From positions 2,976,001-3,040,000 of the forward strand of contig OZ219926.1 in the NCBI GenBank assembly GCA_964291405.2: 64,000 nt of DNA, given 5' to 3'. Position numbers and translations under genes: made by a program. Positions within the stretch are counted from its first letter, which is position 1. The number at the start of each line of letters is the position of its first letter. Origin of the DNA: Thermodesulfobacteriota bacterium (GTDB taxonomy: Bacteria > Desulfobacterota > Binatia > Bin18). Of the stretch, positions 49,440 through 60,036 are shown piece after piece. The notes under the pieces were generated by a model. It did no database searches. It saw only the letters and a program-made list of their open reading frames with translations, and was not told the origin of the DNA.

Positions 49440-50405
49440 CTAGCCCATCCGGGGCAACACCTGGTCCGTGAATTGGAGAAAGCTCTCATGACTCAGTGGC
49501 GCGCCGATGATGTAGTCCAGATGGATTTCTTCATGCAGGCGGGCGAGTTCGTCTCTGACCTTGTCCGGCGTACCGTGAATGACCACTTCGTCAACATAGC
49601 GCTGGACCGGGTCGCCAGTCCCGTACATCTCGGGTGGCACATAGGTATCCACCAGCCATTTGGCTCCCTGACGGGCGACTTCGGCGGCCTTTTCCTGGCT
49701 GGAAGCAATGGCGAGGAGCCGCGCCATGGGTATCTGACGGCCTTCAATGGAATAGCCGTGGCGGGCGAGCGTATCCCGGTACAATTCCCATTTATGGCCC
49801 AGTTCCCCATGGGTGGCGTGCGGGTCCATGAGAATCGAATGGCCGACGGAGGCGGCCCACTCAATAGCTGACGGCGAAGAGGCTGCGGCCCACACGGGTG
49901 GGTGTGGCTGTTGCAAGGGCTTAGGCAGAACTTCGACATTCTCGAAAGAGAAAAACTGGCCCGTATAGGTCAGGCGATCAGTGGTCCAGGCTTTAAGCAC
50001 AATGTCTACGGTTTCCCGAAAGCGGGCGTGGCTCTCCTCGACGGGCACGCCGAAGGCTTGGAACTCCTTCAGGTCAAAGCCGCGCCCGGCCCCCCAGTTC
50101 ACCCGGCCGCCTGACAGCGTATCGAGCAGCGCGACTTCCTCGGCCAGCCGGAGCGGGTGGTAGAAGCCAGCCAGGCACACGCCGGCCCCGATCCGCAGAT
50201 GCTTGGTCTGGGCCGCGGCATATGTCCCGATGACCGGGATCGAAGGACACACACTATAGTCGTTAAAATGATGCTCGGTCAGCCAGACCGCATCATAGCC
50301 GTTTTGATCCATGATCTGGATACGTTCCAAACCACGCTGATACACCGTCGCAATCTCAGTCCGACGTCCCGGCCAGCTAAAGAATTGAAGGATGCCAAAT
50401 TTCAC
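49440..50405 (-). CDS. LLM-class flavin-dependent oxidoreductase
   Basis: WLTEHHF, HPLRLAEE, SGGRVNWGAGRG, PLQQPHPP. Confidence 0.92.
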   Translation of the reverse strand: MKFGILQFFSWPGRRTEIATVYQRGLERIQIMDQNGYDAVWLTEHHFNDYSVCPSIPVIGTYAAAQTKHLRIGAGVCLAGFYHPLRLAEEVALLDTLSGGRVNWGAGRGFDLKEFQAFGVPVEESHARFRETVDIVLKAWTTDRLTYTGQFFSFENVEVLPKPLQQPHPPVWAAASSPSAIEWAASVGHSILMDPHATHGELGHKWELYRDTLARHGYSIEGRQIPMARLLAIASSQEKAAEVARQGAKWLVDTYVPPEMYGTGDPVQRYVDEVVIHGTPDKVRDELARLHEEIHLDYIIGAPLSHESFLQFTDQVLPRMG

Positions 50406-50535
50406 ACGGTTCTCCTCGGCGTCGGTTGACTCAGTATAGCGGGATTGCGGTGGAAGTCTGCCCCCTTCTGGGTGTCAGCGTCTTTCTCCAACCGGGCTTG
50501 ACGTTAACTGTCCGTTCGGTTAATTACTGCCCGTT

Positions 50536-51240
50536 ATGGCCCGTCCCATCAAAACAGCTTCGTCGCTGGACTACCGCGCCAAGATTGGGACGGTTGCTGA
50601 AGCGCTGTTTGCCGAGCGTGGTTTTGACGGCACCTCGATTCGGGAGATTGCCGAGCACACTGGCGCGACCAAGGCCCTCATCTATCACTATTACGACAAC
50701 AAAGAGGCGCTGTACCAGACGCTACTTGAGGACGCGGTGAGCGGAGTGGTCACGCAGATTGAGGTCATTGCCGCGGACGGGACTGAACCCGAGGCACAGC
50801 TTCGCGCCGTGGTACAGGTATTCATTGACGTCTATCATGACGCGCCGCACCGGTTTCAGATGGTGCAGCGCACCATTGACGACCATCATGCAGTTGCCGC
50901 GGTGCTGGCCGAGCGCTGGTTTTCACGGGCGCACCACGCCTTACAGAATATTGTGGCGCGCGGCGTGCGTCGGGGCGATCTGAAGCCGCTGCCGGTCCAG
51001 ATGGTCCCGTTGGCCATTATTGGCCTCGTTATTCACACCCTGCGTGGACAGAAACTCGTGGGCCATGTGGACCCGAAGCTGTCCGGCGAGCAGGTGCTGA
51101 CCGCCTTGCCGGACCTGATTCTAGCCCTGCTCACCGCTGACTCCGGCCAGACAAAAACCAAACCGAGAGGTGCACCTGCGTCCCGGAAACGCGCCCTGAG
51201 TCAGACCGCGCGCAGAGCCAGGAGTGCCCCGGCAGGATAG
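50536..51240 (+). CDS. TetR family transcriptional regulator
   Basis: LFAERGFDGTSIREIA...LIYHYYDNKEALY. Confidence 0.93.
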   Translation: MARPIKTASSLDYRAKIGTVAEALFAERGFDGTSIREIAEHTGATKALIYHYYDNKEALYQTLLEDAVSGVVTQIEVIAADGTEPEAQLRAVVQVFIDVYHDAPHRFQMVQRTIDDHHAVAAVLAERWFSRAHHALQNIVARGVRRGDLKPLPVQMVPLAIIGLVIHTLRGQKLVGHVDPKLSGEQVLTALPDLILALLTADSGQTKTKPRGAPASRKRALSQTARRARSAPAG

Positions 51241-51251
51241 AAGAACACTGA

Positions 51252-53795
51252 ATGGAATCCATTTTTCGCACTATCATCCGTTTTCGTTTTCTGGTCATTG
51301 CGGCCATTCTGGGAGTGACGATGGCCGCGGCCATGCAGCTCCAATACCTGCGCTTCGAGAGCGACGCCGAATCCATGATCCCTCCCAATGACCCGGTCCT
51401 GCACTACAACGACGTGGTGGAAGAGCGCTTTGGGATGCTGGACCTTATTATTGTCGGCGTCCTGAACGACAACCCGCAGGAAAACGGGGTCTTCAATCCG
51501 CGTACCCTGGGCATTGTCAAAGAGTTCTCCGAGAAAATCGCGCTCCTGCCCGGCATCAAAGCCGTCCGGGATGAAGATGTGACCAGCGTGGCCACCATGG
51601 ACAATATCACCGGCACCAGCGACGGCATGGCGGTCGATCCCTTCATGGAAGAGCCGCCGCGCTCGGCCGCAGCCCTGGCCGCGCTGAAAGACGCCCTGTT
51701 TGACAACGCCATGTTTGTGGACTGGGTAGTGTCACGCGACGGCACCGGCCTGCTGATTATGGCCAGGATGGAGTCGTCCGAGGGGACGCTTGAGGGGGTC
51801 GCCCGACGGTCGGCGATCTACCGTACCATCCGTGACATGATTCGCGAAAAAGAGGCGGCCGGCATGCCCGAGCAGTTCCACATTGCCGGTCGCGGCGCCA
51901 TGGAGGTCACCTTCTCCGAAGACGCCCGGAGCGACATGGAACGCTTCATGCCGCTGGTCCTGTTCATTGTCCTCGGGACTCTCTATCTAACCTACCGTAG
52001 TCTGCGCGGCGTCCTCCTGCCGTTTGCCGTGGTGATCATCTCCGTCATCTGGAGTATGGGTCTCATGGCCTGGGTCGAGGTCCCGATGTATTTTATCTCG
52101 ACCATGATGCCAGTCACCCTGATGGCGATTGGCGTAGCCTACGGCATCCATATTCTCAGCCGCTACTACGACGAAATCCTCAGTCAAGCCGAACCGGACG
52201 CCAACGCGGCCGTCATGGCGGCCATGCGGGAAATGTGGAAACCGGTGGTGTTCACGGCCCTGACGACTGCAGCCGGCTTTCTGTCGTTTCTGACCGCGGC
52301 CATGGTGCCCATCCGTTACTTCGGCGTGTTTACCTCGGTCGGTGTTCTGGCGGCGATGGTGGTCTCGCTGACCTTTTTCCCCGCGGCGCTGAGCCTGCTG
52401 TCGCCTCGGGCCGGGCGTGGCCTGCGGAGACAAATGAAGCGGGGCGGCGACCTCGCCGCCACCGGCTGGGCCGCGCGGACCCTGTCCAGCCTGGGCCGAG
52501 GGGTTGCCCGGCGTCCGTTGCTGGTGTGGAGCATTGCGGTCGGTACTATGTTCACCTGTCTGCTCGGCCTTCAGCGCATCTATATTGACTCGTCGTGGAT
52601 TGATGTGTTCCACCAGCAGAGTCCGGTCCGCATTGGCGATGAGGTCCTGCGGGAGAGGTTTCAGGGCACGCTGCCGATCTATGTGGCCATTGAGGGCCAC
52701 GAGCCCGACCTGCTCAAAGACCCGGACCTGCTGGCCAAGCTCGACCGTCTGCAAGCCGCGGTCGAACAAGACCCTATTGTGGGTGGCTCGCTGTCTATTG
52801 CCGAGTTCATCAAACGTATGCACCGGGTCATGAATGAGGACCGCAAGGAGATGGAGGTCATTCCCGACTCGCGCGACCTGGTCGCCCAATACCTGCTGTT
52901 GTACTCGTTCTCCGGAGACCCGGACGATTTTGATGAGGTGGTCGATTATGACTATCAGCACGCCAATGTGTCGTTTTTTCTGCGCTCGGACCACAGCGCC
53001 GATATCGAGCGCGTGATCGACCGGATTCAGGACTTTGCGGTTCGAGAATTCGGGGCCGAAGAGAATGGCGGTGGCGGTCAGACTGGCGACCACGATCCGC
53101 TGACGGTGCAGTTCGGGCGCTGGCTGGCCGGTATCACGCCCACGGTCATTGGCTGGGAGACCAAGAGCGGGTTCTGGATCGGCTTTGCCGGACAGGGCTA
53201 TATGAGCAACCGCTTCAGCGAGCTGGTCGTGTCCGGGCAGTTGACCAGCCTGGTCACCTCGCTGCTGGCGGTATTCCTGCTCACCACCTGTATGTTCCGC
53301 TCCGTGGTTGCCGGGCTGATCAATATCATTCCCATCGGCGCGGTGATGGTGTTCAGCTTCGGTCTCATGGGACTGCTGGGCATCCCCCTCGAAGTGGGAA
53401 AGTCCATGACCGCCTCCATGGTGATCGGCATCGGGATCGACTACACCATCCACTTTCTCAATAAATATCAACTGAAAACCAAAGACGCCCTGGTCGACCC
53501 GGAGGCCATTACCGTGGCCACCATGGCCACCTCGGGCAAAGCCATTTTCTTTAATGCGGCCGTGGTGATTGGGGGCTTCCTGGTCTTTCTGACCTCCAAC
53601 TTCAAGCCCAATTTTTATCTCGGAGCGATGATGGCGCTGAACATGGCTGCCTGCCTGCTGGCCTCCATGACGCTTCTGCCGGCCATCCTCAACACCTTCA
53701 AGCCGCGTTTTGTGTATGGAACAGCGCTGGCGTCCGCTTCGCCACCGAGAACGGACTACGCGGTTTCACCCCTACAAGAGAAGGAGACAGTATGA
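51252..53795 (+). CDS. MMPL/RND-superfamily (HAE3-like) transporter
   Basis: Two membrane repeats with AIGVAYGIH and GIGIDYTIH; TALTTAAGFLS. Confidence 0.92.
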   Translation: MESIFRTIIRFRFLVIAAILGVTMAAAMQLQYLRFESDAESMIPPNDPVLHYNDVVEERFGMLDLIIVGVLNDNPQENGVFNPRTLGIVKEFSEKIALLPGIKAVRDEDVTSVATMDNITGTSDGMAVDPFMEEPPRSAAALAALKDALFDNAMFVDWVVSRDGTGLLIMARMESSEGTLEGVARRSAIYRTIRDMIREKEAAGMPEQFHIAGRGAMEVTFSEDARSDMERFMPLVLFIVLGTLYLTYRSLRGVLLPFAVVIISVIWSMGLMAWVEVPMYFISTMMPVTLMAIGVAYGIHILSRYYDEILSQAEPDANAAVMAAMREMWKPVVFTALTTAAGFLSFLTAAMVPIRYFGVFTSVGVLAAMVVSLTFFPAALSLLSPRAGRGLRRQMKRGGDLAATGWAARTLSSLGRGVARRPLLVWSIAVGTMFTCLLGLQRIYIDSSWIDVFHQQSPVRIGDEVLRERFQGTLPIYVAIEGHEPDLLKDPDLLAKLDRLQAAVEQDPIVGGSLSIAEFIKRMHRVMNEDRKEMEVIPDSRDLVAQYLLLYSFSGDPDDFDEVVDYDYQHANVSFFLRSDHSADIERVIDRIQDFAVREFGAEENGGGGQTGDHDPLTVQFGRWLAGITPTVIGWETKSGFWIGFAGQGYMSNRFSELVVSGQLTSLVTSLLAVFLLTTCMFRSVVAGLINIIPIGAVMVFSFGLMGLLGIPLEVGKSMTASMVIGIGIDYTIHFLNKYQLKTKDALVDPEAITVATMATSGKAIFFNAAVVIGGFLVFLTSNFKPNFYLGAMMALNMAACLLASMTLLPAILNTFKPRFVYGTALASASPPRTDYAVSPLQEKETV

Positions 53796-54598
53796 AGACC
53801 ATCGGGTTATGGATCGGATTTGGATTGTTTGTGCTGAGTGCGGCGCCGTTTGCGGACGCACAGGAAGTCCCTGGCGAGCCCAGCGGGCGGGAGATTGCCG
53901 TCATGGTTGACGAGCGTGAGGACGGCGACGATCAGATCTCCGAGGCCCTCTGGACGCTGACCAATAGCAGGGGCAAGACGCGCAAGCGCCATACCCTGCG
54001 CTACTGGAAAGACTATGAGGGCGAGGAGGGGCTGTCGAGCAAGTCTTTCATCTATTTTGAATCCCCGCCGGATGTCAAAGACACCACTTTTCTCAACTGG
54101 TCGCAGGAAGACGCCGAGGCCGACGACGACCAGTGGATCTATCTGCCGGCCCTGCGCAAGGTGCGCCGGATTGCCTCCGGCGATAAGGAAAACTCCTTTA
54201 TGGGCAGCGATATGATCTACGACGACATGGCAGACCGGGAGGTCGAGGAGGATACGCATAAACTGCTGCGTGTCGAGCAGAACAACGGCACCAAGCTCTA
54301 CGTCCTGGAGTCCACACCGGTAAAGGAGAATTACATCTACAGTAAAAAACTCCGCTGGATAAACGCCGAGACCCTGACCGAGCCCAGAATTGAGTTCTAC
54401 GACCGCAAAGACCGCCTGCTCAAAATCCTGACAACAGAGTGGGAGGAGATCGACGGGATTTGGAACTGGAAGCGGATCGTGGTGGAAAATCAACTGACCG
54501 GACATAAGACCGAGGTTGATTTTAGCAACGTGCGGTTCAATCAGGGTCTCAAAGAGTCGATTTTTACCGAACGGTCGCTGCGCAAGGGCGCGCCCTAG
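53792..54598 (+). CDS. Outer-membrane lipoprotein-sorting (LolA-like) protein
   Basis: Signal peptide, DDQWIYLPALRKVRRI, SFMGSD. Confidence 0.9.
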   Translation: MKTIGLWIGFGLFVLSAAPFADAQEVPGEPSGREIAVMVDEREDGDDQISEALWTLTNSRGKTRKRHTLRYWKDYEGEEGLSSKSFIYFESPPDVKDTTFLNWSQEDAEADDDQWIYLPALRKVRRIASGDKENSFMGSDMIYDDMADREVEEDTHKLLRVEQNNGTKLYVLESTPVKENYIYSKKLRWINAETLTEPRIEFYDRKDRLLKILTTEWEEIDGIWNWKRIVVENQLTGHKTEVDFSNVRFNQGLKESIFTERSLRKGAP

Positions 54599-54610
54599 AT
54601 TATTCTCTGT

Positions 54611-56590
54611 ATGAGCAGCACGCCCACGAGGCAGAAGGCCTGGGTTTTTAGCCTTATCGCGATCCTGTGGATTGGGGTAGGAACATCTTCCGCCCAAGCC
54701 GTCTCTCCCTCGGTCCTGCGTCTCCACAAGGTCCATCTGACTGCCGACGGGAGTCAGCGGCAGGTGGTGCTGCAATTCTCTCAAGCACCGAGTGCCATCC
54801 ACGCCTTCCCGCTTTCGACTCCAACCCGCCTCGTGATTGATGTCATCGGGCCGGTCCTGCCGCATCCCTCAGCGACCTATCCGGCCAAAGATACGCTCCT
54901 GCGCCGTGTCCGGGTGGGCACTCACCCGCAGCATCTGCGTTTTGTGCTCGACCTCAAAGGCGAAAAACTGCCGGCCTTTAGCGTAGAGCAGCAGGGCAGT
55001 CGGGTGAGGGCGGTGCTCCAAACGCCGGACCGACCCGTCCCGGAGCTGAGGGCGCAAATTCTGTTTGAAAGTCCTGAGGTCAATCGCTTCGTCCAATCGA
55101 TCCCACCGCCGTCCGATCCCTCTACGCAGCAGGCCAAAGCTGTCCCGCCACCGCCGGCTCCGAAAACGGAGGTCGCGTCAGCAACCGAAAGGGGGACAGT
55201 GGCCGCGCAACAGCGACCTGCGAGTGCGACGCCAACTGCCCGGCGTCCCGCTCGTGAGCCGCAACCTGGCTTGTTTGAGACCCTGCGGGACCGCTTGGAC
55301 GTGACCGGTTATGTCAAAAACGAAACCGCACTTCGGCTCCACTCTCCGCATCAACTCTCAAAGTCTCAGAATTGGCTCCAGGCCGAGATTGAGTTTGAGC
55401 TGACCGATTGGGCCGAACTCACCATCCTCGGACGGTCGATGTTTGATCCGGTCAATCATCTGGAAACCAATATAGAGGATTTCCGGGCCTCGCCGGTTGA
55501 TCGGTTGGCGGGCGGCGATTCGTTTCAGGCCGAGCTGCGCGAGCTGTACCTCGACGTACTCTACGACGATTTTGATATCCGTCTGGGCCGCCAACAGATC
55601 GTATGGGGCGAGTCCATTGGCCTACGCATCCTGGATGTGATCAACCCGCAGGACTTTCGCGAGTTCATTCTGAACGACTTTATTGATGCCCGCATCCCGC
55701 TATGGGGGCTGCGAGTGGACTACACGCTGAGTGACTGGACGTTTGAGGGCCTGTGGCTGCCCGACTTCGAGGCCAACCGTCCGGCCGACCAGGGCAGCGA
55801 ATTTCAGTTTCGGAACCTGCCCCTGCCGGCACTACCCTTTCAGCCTCCCCCGCCGTTCCCCTCGGTCCAGGTGGACTCGATACGTCAACCTGAGGATTGG
55901 CGGCTGAGCGATTCCGAGGTTGGATTTCGGGTGACCCGCTTTCTGCGCAATATGGATCTGTCGCTGAACTATCTATATTCCTGGAACGACTTTCCTGTCC
56001 CCTTCCGGCGGGTGCTGGGTCCCAACACGTTTCGTTTCGAGCCCCGGCACGAGCGCTTCCACCTGATTGGCGGCAGTTTCAACTACGCCTTTGACGTGTT
56101 TGTGATCCGCGGCGAGGGGGGCCTGCGGCTCGGAGAACACTTTGTGTCTGGTGATCCACGCGATCGCGACGGTATCCGGCAGCGAGAGTTCCTGTCCTAT
56201 GTTTTAGGATTGGACTGGACGGTGCACGATAATCTCATGGCGAACGTGCAGTTCTTTCAGAATGTGATCTTCAATGCGCCCGGCGCTCTTGTTGGCGAGT
56301 CCGTTGAGAATGCGGTGTCGCTCTTCCTGCTGTCCGATTTTCTGCACGAAACCCTCCACCCTCAACTGCTGGTGCTATACGGCATCAATTTTGGCGACCT
56401 GCTGATCCGCTCCCAGGTCCGATACGATTTCTCGGACTACCTGTCCGCCACCATCGGGGCCGATTTCTTTCTCGGCTCACGCTCCGGTCTGTTCGGCCAA
56501 TTTGCCGCTCCCGTACGCGACCATGACCGGTATTGGACGGGACGGAACAGTCGCCTCTTTCTTGAGGTCAAGCACTCGTTCGCGCTGTGA
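54611..56590 (+). CDS. AMIN domain fused to DUF1302-like outer-membrane beta-barrel
   Basis: N-terminal PTRLVIDV...RVRVG...LRFVLDL (AMIN), Pro-rich linker, LRELYLD/RLGRQQIVWG barrel. Confidence 0.8.
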   Translation: MSSTPTRQKAWVFSLIAILWIGVGTSSAQAVSPSVLRLHKVHLTADGSQRQVVLQFSQAPSAIHAFPLSTPTRLVIDVIGPVLPHPSATYPAKDTLLRRVRVGTHPQHLRFVLDLKGEKLPAFSVEQQGSRVRAVLQTPDRPVPELRAQILFESPEVNRFVQSIPPPSDPSTQQAKAVPPPPAPKTEVASATERGTVAAQQRPASATPTARRPAREPQPGLFETLRDRLDVTGYVKNETALRLHSPHQLSKSQNWLQAEIEFELTDWAELTILGRSMFDPVNHLETNIEDFRASPVDRLAGGDSFQAELRELYLDVLYDDFDIRLGRQQIVWGESIGLRILDVINPQDFREFILNDFIDARIPLWGLRVDYTLSDWTFEGLWLPDFEANRPADQGSEFQFRNLPLPALPFQPPPPFPSVQVDSIRQPEDWRLSDSEVGFRVTRFLRNMDLSLNYLYSWNDFPVPFRRVLGPNTFRFEPRHERFHLIGGSFNYAFDVFVIRGEGGLRLGEHFVSGDPRDRDGIRQREFLSYVLGLDWTVHDNLMANVQFFQNVIFNAPGALVGESVENAVSLFLLSDFLHETLHPQLLVLYGINFGDLLIRSQVRYDFSDYLSATIGADFFLGSRSGLFGQFAAPVRDHDRYWTGRNSRLFLEVKHSFAL

Positions 56591-56843
56591 GTAGCCCTCC
56601 GAGTGCGGATACGACAATCAGAGAGGGGGTCATTTCAGCGCTTTTACCGCGACTTCACAAAATTCAGAATTATTCTCTAACCACAGCGGTTGGGATTTGT
56701 GATTGGGTAGGTAAGGAATTTTTCCTGCGCTTTAACGCGGCTCTCTCATCACGATCAGTAGACGCTTGGCTAACGGAAGAGTAGCTTCGGTATCGTATCC
56801 AGAACCCCTTTGCCGGCTATGGGTATCGCATGGAGATTTACGG

Positions 56844-57968
56844 ATGAAAGAAAATCTTAGACAAACAGCACGACACCACGTACTCCCGAAAGACCCTGGC
56901 GCGGACACGAATTGGTTCTACCGCATGAAGACCTTTCAGCGAGAAGAGACGTTACGCCAAGCGTACTATAAGCGCGAAAAATGGTCCGCCCTACCGGATG
57001 GCGTATCGTCCAAAAGGCCAACATATCACTATCCGCATATTCTTCCTGAAGGACATCTGGACAAGAATTTTTACCCGCCAATCTATGAGCCTCTCCGCAA
57101 GTATCTCAAAGAGGAAGACATTGCGTTACATACCGAATCGCTCAATCTCAAGAGTTCCCAGGTCTGTTGCTTCAACTTTCTTTTCCCCTTTCGGCTGGGA
57201 CTAGGAATCTCTCCGAGGTTACTCTCTGGTGCACTTCCGGGGGTGAGAAAGGTATCGAATATTGAATTTGAGTATGCCGGCCCGGATAGAGCCACCGAGT
57301 GGTTGGGAGAGCCACCGGGTGGAAAGCGGGGTCAGAATCGGACCAGTGTGGATGCAGCAATATGGTGGCAAGACGAAAAGGGTGCCAGTGGGCTGACCTT
57401 GATCGAGTGGAAATATACCGAAGCCGAGTTTGGGCCTTGTGGTGGATACAACTCTCCAAGTAACAAACAGAAGGAGAAATGTCGTAATCTCTCCGCTGAG
57501 AGCATCTGTCACCAACCTCAGTCGAACTGCTATTTGGCAACGCGCAGAACTGATCGGACCAGCCGCCGCTATTGGGAGAATTTGGCGCAGGCGGGAATCT
57601 CTCTTACGTGCCTCGATAACAACTTGGGCTGCCCCTTTCGGGGACCCTTCTATCAACTTTTTCGCCTATATCTCTTGAGGGCATACTGCCAGCGAACCTT
57701 AACTGATGTAGACCGAGTAGACGTCGCTGTCATTGGCTTCCAAAAAAATATTCACCTTCGCCGTATGCCGTCTAAGCCGCCTCACCTCCGTCAACTCGAT
57801 GATAATGTAATTGAAGCGTGGAACAGGTTGCTCACCAGCGACGCACCACCCCTCCGCTGGACGACGGTTGAGGAGATGATGACCGGCCCTGGGAACGCTG
57901 GTCCCGACGAGCGGGAGTGGCGAAAATACATAAGGGAGCGCTACGGAGTCCAAAGGGGGGATGAATAA
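56844..57968 (+). CDS. PD-(D/E)xK nuclease, PGN_0703-like putative restriction endonuclease
   Basis: LKSSQVCCFNFL, IEFEY, RTSVDA...LIEWKYTE, CPF..FYQL.R. Confidence 0.7.
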   Translation: MKENLRQTARHHVLPKDPGADTNWFYRMKTFQREETLRQAYYKREKWSALPDGVSSKRPTYHYPHILPEGHLDKNFYPPIYEPLRKYLKEEDIALHTESLNLKSSQVCCFNFLFPFRLGLGISPRLLSGALPGVRKVSNIEFEYAGPDRATEWLGEPPGGKRGQNRTSVDAAIWWQDEKGASGLTLIEWKYTEAEFGPCGGYNSPSNKQKEKCRNLSAESICHQPQSNCYLATRRTDRTSRRYWENLAQAGISLTCLDNNLGCPFRGPFYQLFRLYLLRAYCQRTLTDVDRVDVAVIGFQKNIHLRRMPSKPPHLRQLDDNVIEAWNRLLTSDAPPLRWTTVEEMMTGPGNAGPDEREWRKYIRERYGVQRGDE

Positions 57969-57992
57969 CGCGCTCTACCTCAAGAAGGGCCG

Positions 57993-58754
57993 TCACTGCG
58001 CCATATAGCCGCCGTCAACCGGCATGGGATGCCCGGTGACAAAAGACGCCGCATCCGAGCACAGCCAGACGACCGCCTCCGCAATTTCCTGGGGCTGCCC
58101 CAAACGGCCCACCGGCTGGGCGGCGGTCATTTTCTCCACCACCCGGGGACGCCGCTGGCCGACGCTCTGAAGCATGGGCGTATCAATCGGACCGGGGCAG
58201 ACCGCGTTGACGCGAATACCCGCCTTGGCATACTCCAGGGCGGCCGTTTTGGTCAGGCCCACTACGCCGTGTTTGCTGGCCACATAGGCGCCGGCGCGTG
58301 GCACGCCGATCAGTCCGGCATCGGACGCCGTATTGACGATAACCCCTTTGCCCTGGGTGAGCATGCGCGGAATCTCCGCTTTCATGCACAGCCAGACCCC
58401 CGTCAGATTAATGGCAATGATGCGATGCCAGTTCTCTTGGGTGCAGTCAATCGTACTCTGGGCCTTGCCGGCTATGCCGGCGTTGTTATGCGCGCAGTCC
58501 AGGCGGCCATAGGTCTCGACCGTCGTATTGATCAAGGCTTCGACGTCAGCCGCCCGTGAGACGTCGGCTTGCACAAACACCGCCTGGCCGCCCGCGTTCT
58601 GAATCAGGCGCACCGTTTCCTGCCCGCCTTCGACGACGATGTCGGAAACGATAACCTTGGCGCCTTCACGCGCAAGGGCCAGGGCCGACTGTCTGCCTAT
58701 GCCCGACCCGCTGCCCGTGACCAGCGCGACTTTTCCCTCAACCAGTCCTGCCAT
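57993..58754 (-). CDS. Short-chain dehydrogenase/reductase
   Basis: TGSGSGIG, NNAG, YVASKHG, VDGG. Confidence 0.95.
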   Translation of the reverse strand: MAGLVEGKVALVTGSGSGIGRQSALALAREGAKVIVSDIVVEGGQETVRLIQNAGGQAVFVQADVSRAADVEALINTTVETYGRLDCAHNNAGIAGKAQSTIDCTQENWHRIIAINLTGVWLCMKAEIPRMLTQGKGVIVNTASDAGLIGVPRAGAYVASKHGVVGLTKTAALEYAKAGIRVNAVCPGPIDTPMLQSVGQRRPRVVEKMTAAQPVGRLGQPQEIAEAVVWLCSDAASFVTGHPMPVDGGYMAQ

Positions 58755-58848
58755 GTGACACTCCTTTTGAGGGAGACCCTATCAACAAAACGGAGAACCG
58801 GTAAGGTGCATATGGTGTCTCCTCGGAAGATGCTACGCTGAGGTTGAA

Positions 58849-60036
58849 TTAGGGGAGTAGGGAGCTGGTTTTTGCCTTCGGGAAGCTCTTGACTCGCTCG
58901 AAAAAGTCGGTCTCCGTGATCTCCGTCGGCCACTCAAGGCGTAGGTCTATCCAGCGCGTTTCTTTGTCATCCTGTCGCACCGAGATTGCCTTGAGATGTA
59001 TGAGCTGAGCGAGGTCACGGGTCAGTGCTTTGATCGGGTTCTGCAGCGGGCTGTAGCGATGACGAATGATCTGTACAAGCTGTTGAACTGTGACCGAATC
59101 TTCCCGCAACAGCAGCTTCAGGATTTCGATCTGTCGTTCGGCAATAACCCGTTTTTTCTTACTCTCCAAGCGGGTGAAGAGATCATACATCACGTCTCGA
59201 AAGAGGGCTTTTGAAACATTTCTACGAATTTCCCCTGAAAGCCTTTGACACTGAATCGCTATGCCTTTTAGCCCGAAAACGAGGAATGGGGTGAGGTCGT
59301 GATTCTTCTGTCGTACTTCTGCCAGTGCCGCAAGATAAGCAGTTTTTTCATCATAGTAGTAATTCGACATAGCAATAAACAAGGCATCTCGTAACCCGGC
59401 CCGTTGCAGCATCAGGGCTTCCACGGCACGGGCCGTTCGCCCATTGCCGTCCAGAAACGGGTGCATGGCTGCAAAATGGTAGTGGAGTGCCAAAGCCTGA
59501 ATCAGAAGGTCGTGCTCTTGATACGGTCCCTGAACTGCCTTCATAAGCTGAGCAAACGCGTGCTCACATTCAGCACCGCCTTCGACCCCCCTATGCCTGG
59601 GAATTCCAAATATTACATTTTGATCTTTCCGGCGAAGTTCTCCTGGTTGACAATGATCGTCATCCGCCCCCGTTACAATCATCCTGTGTACTTGTTTGAT
59701 CAGGTCAGCGTTAATCGGCTGGCCATCCGGCAGTTGAGCAATCCATTGATACGTTTTTACTGCCGCGTGGGCTTGGCGTTGCGAGCGAGTGAACCGTTCG
59801 TCCGGCGTTTCCTGTAGGGCGCGTTCAAGCTCGCGCTCTGTGAAATCAGCACCTTCTATCCGAGAGGTTCCCGCGACTTCCCGCTTTAGTTGAATGGCCT
59901 GGAGTTCCTCAACCCAGCTTCGTTGATACGGGACACCTGTGAGGGATAAAACGCTGGCCCTTGCTTCAACAAGAGCAGTGAATACGGCAGGAATGTCATA
60001 GTGAACCCAAGATAGTGGAGATTCATATTTTATCAT
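58849..60036 (-). CDS. Fic family protein with C-terminal HTH
   Basis: Canonical HPFLDGNGRTAR and inhibitory-helix motif TSRIEG; AT-rich upstream region. Confidence 0.92.
   Translation of the reverse strand: MIKYESPLSWVHYDIPAVFTALVEARASVLSLTGVPYQRSWVEELQAIQLKREVAGTSRIEGADFTERELERALQETPDERFTRSQRQAHAAVKTYQWIAQLPDGQPINADLIKQVHRMIVTGADDDHCQPGELRRKDQNVIFGIPRHRGVEGGAECEHAFAQLMKAVQGPYQEHDLLIQALALHYHFAAMHPFLDGNGRTARAVEALMLQRAGLRDALFIAMSNYYYDEKTAYLAALAEVRQKNHDLTPFLVFGLKGIAIQCQRLSGEIRRNVSKALFRDVMYDLFTRLESKKKRVIAERQIEILKLLLREDSVTVQQLVQIIRHRYSPLQNPIKALTRDLAQLIHLKAISVRQDDKETRWIDLRLEWPTEITETDFFERVKSFPKAKTSSLLP

Noticed and set aside
51987-53471. Long antisense ORFs (e.g. 494 aa here; also 4267..5322, 23173..24228, 43559..44752, 53807..54865)
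   Set aside because: These are shadow ORFs opposite well-supported genes in GC-rich DNA and have no recognisable motifs.
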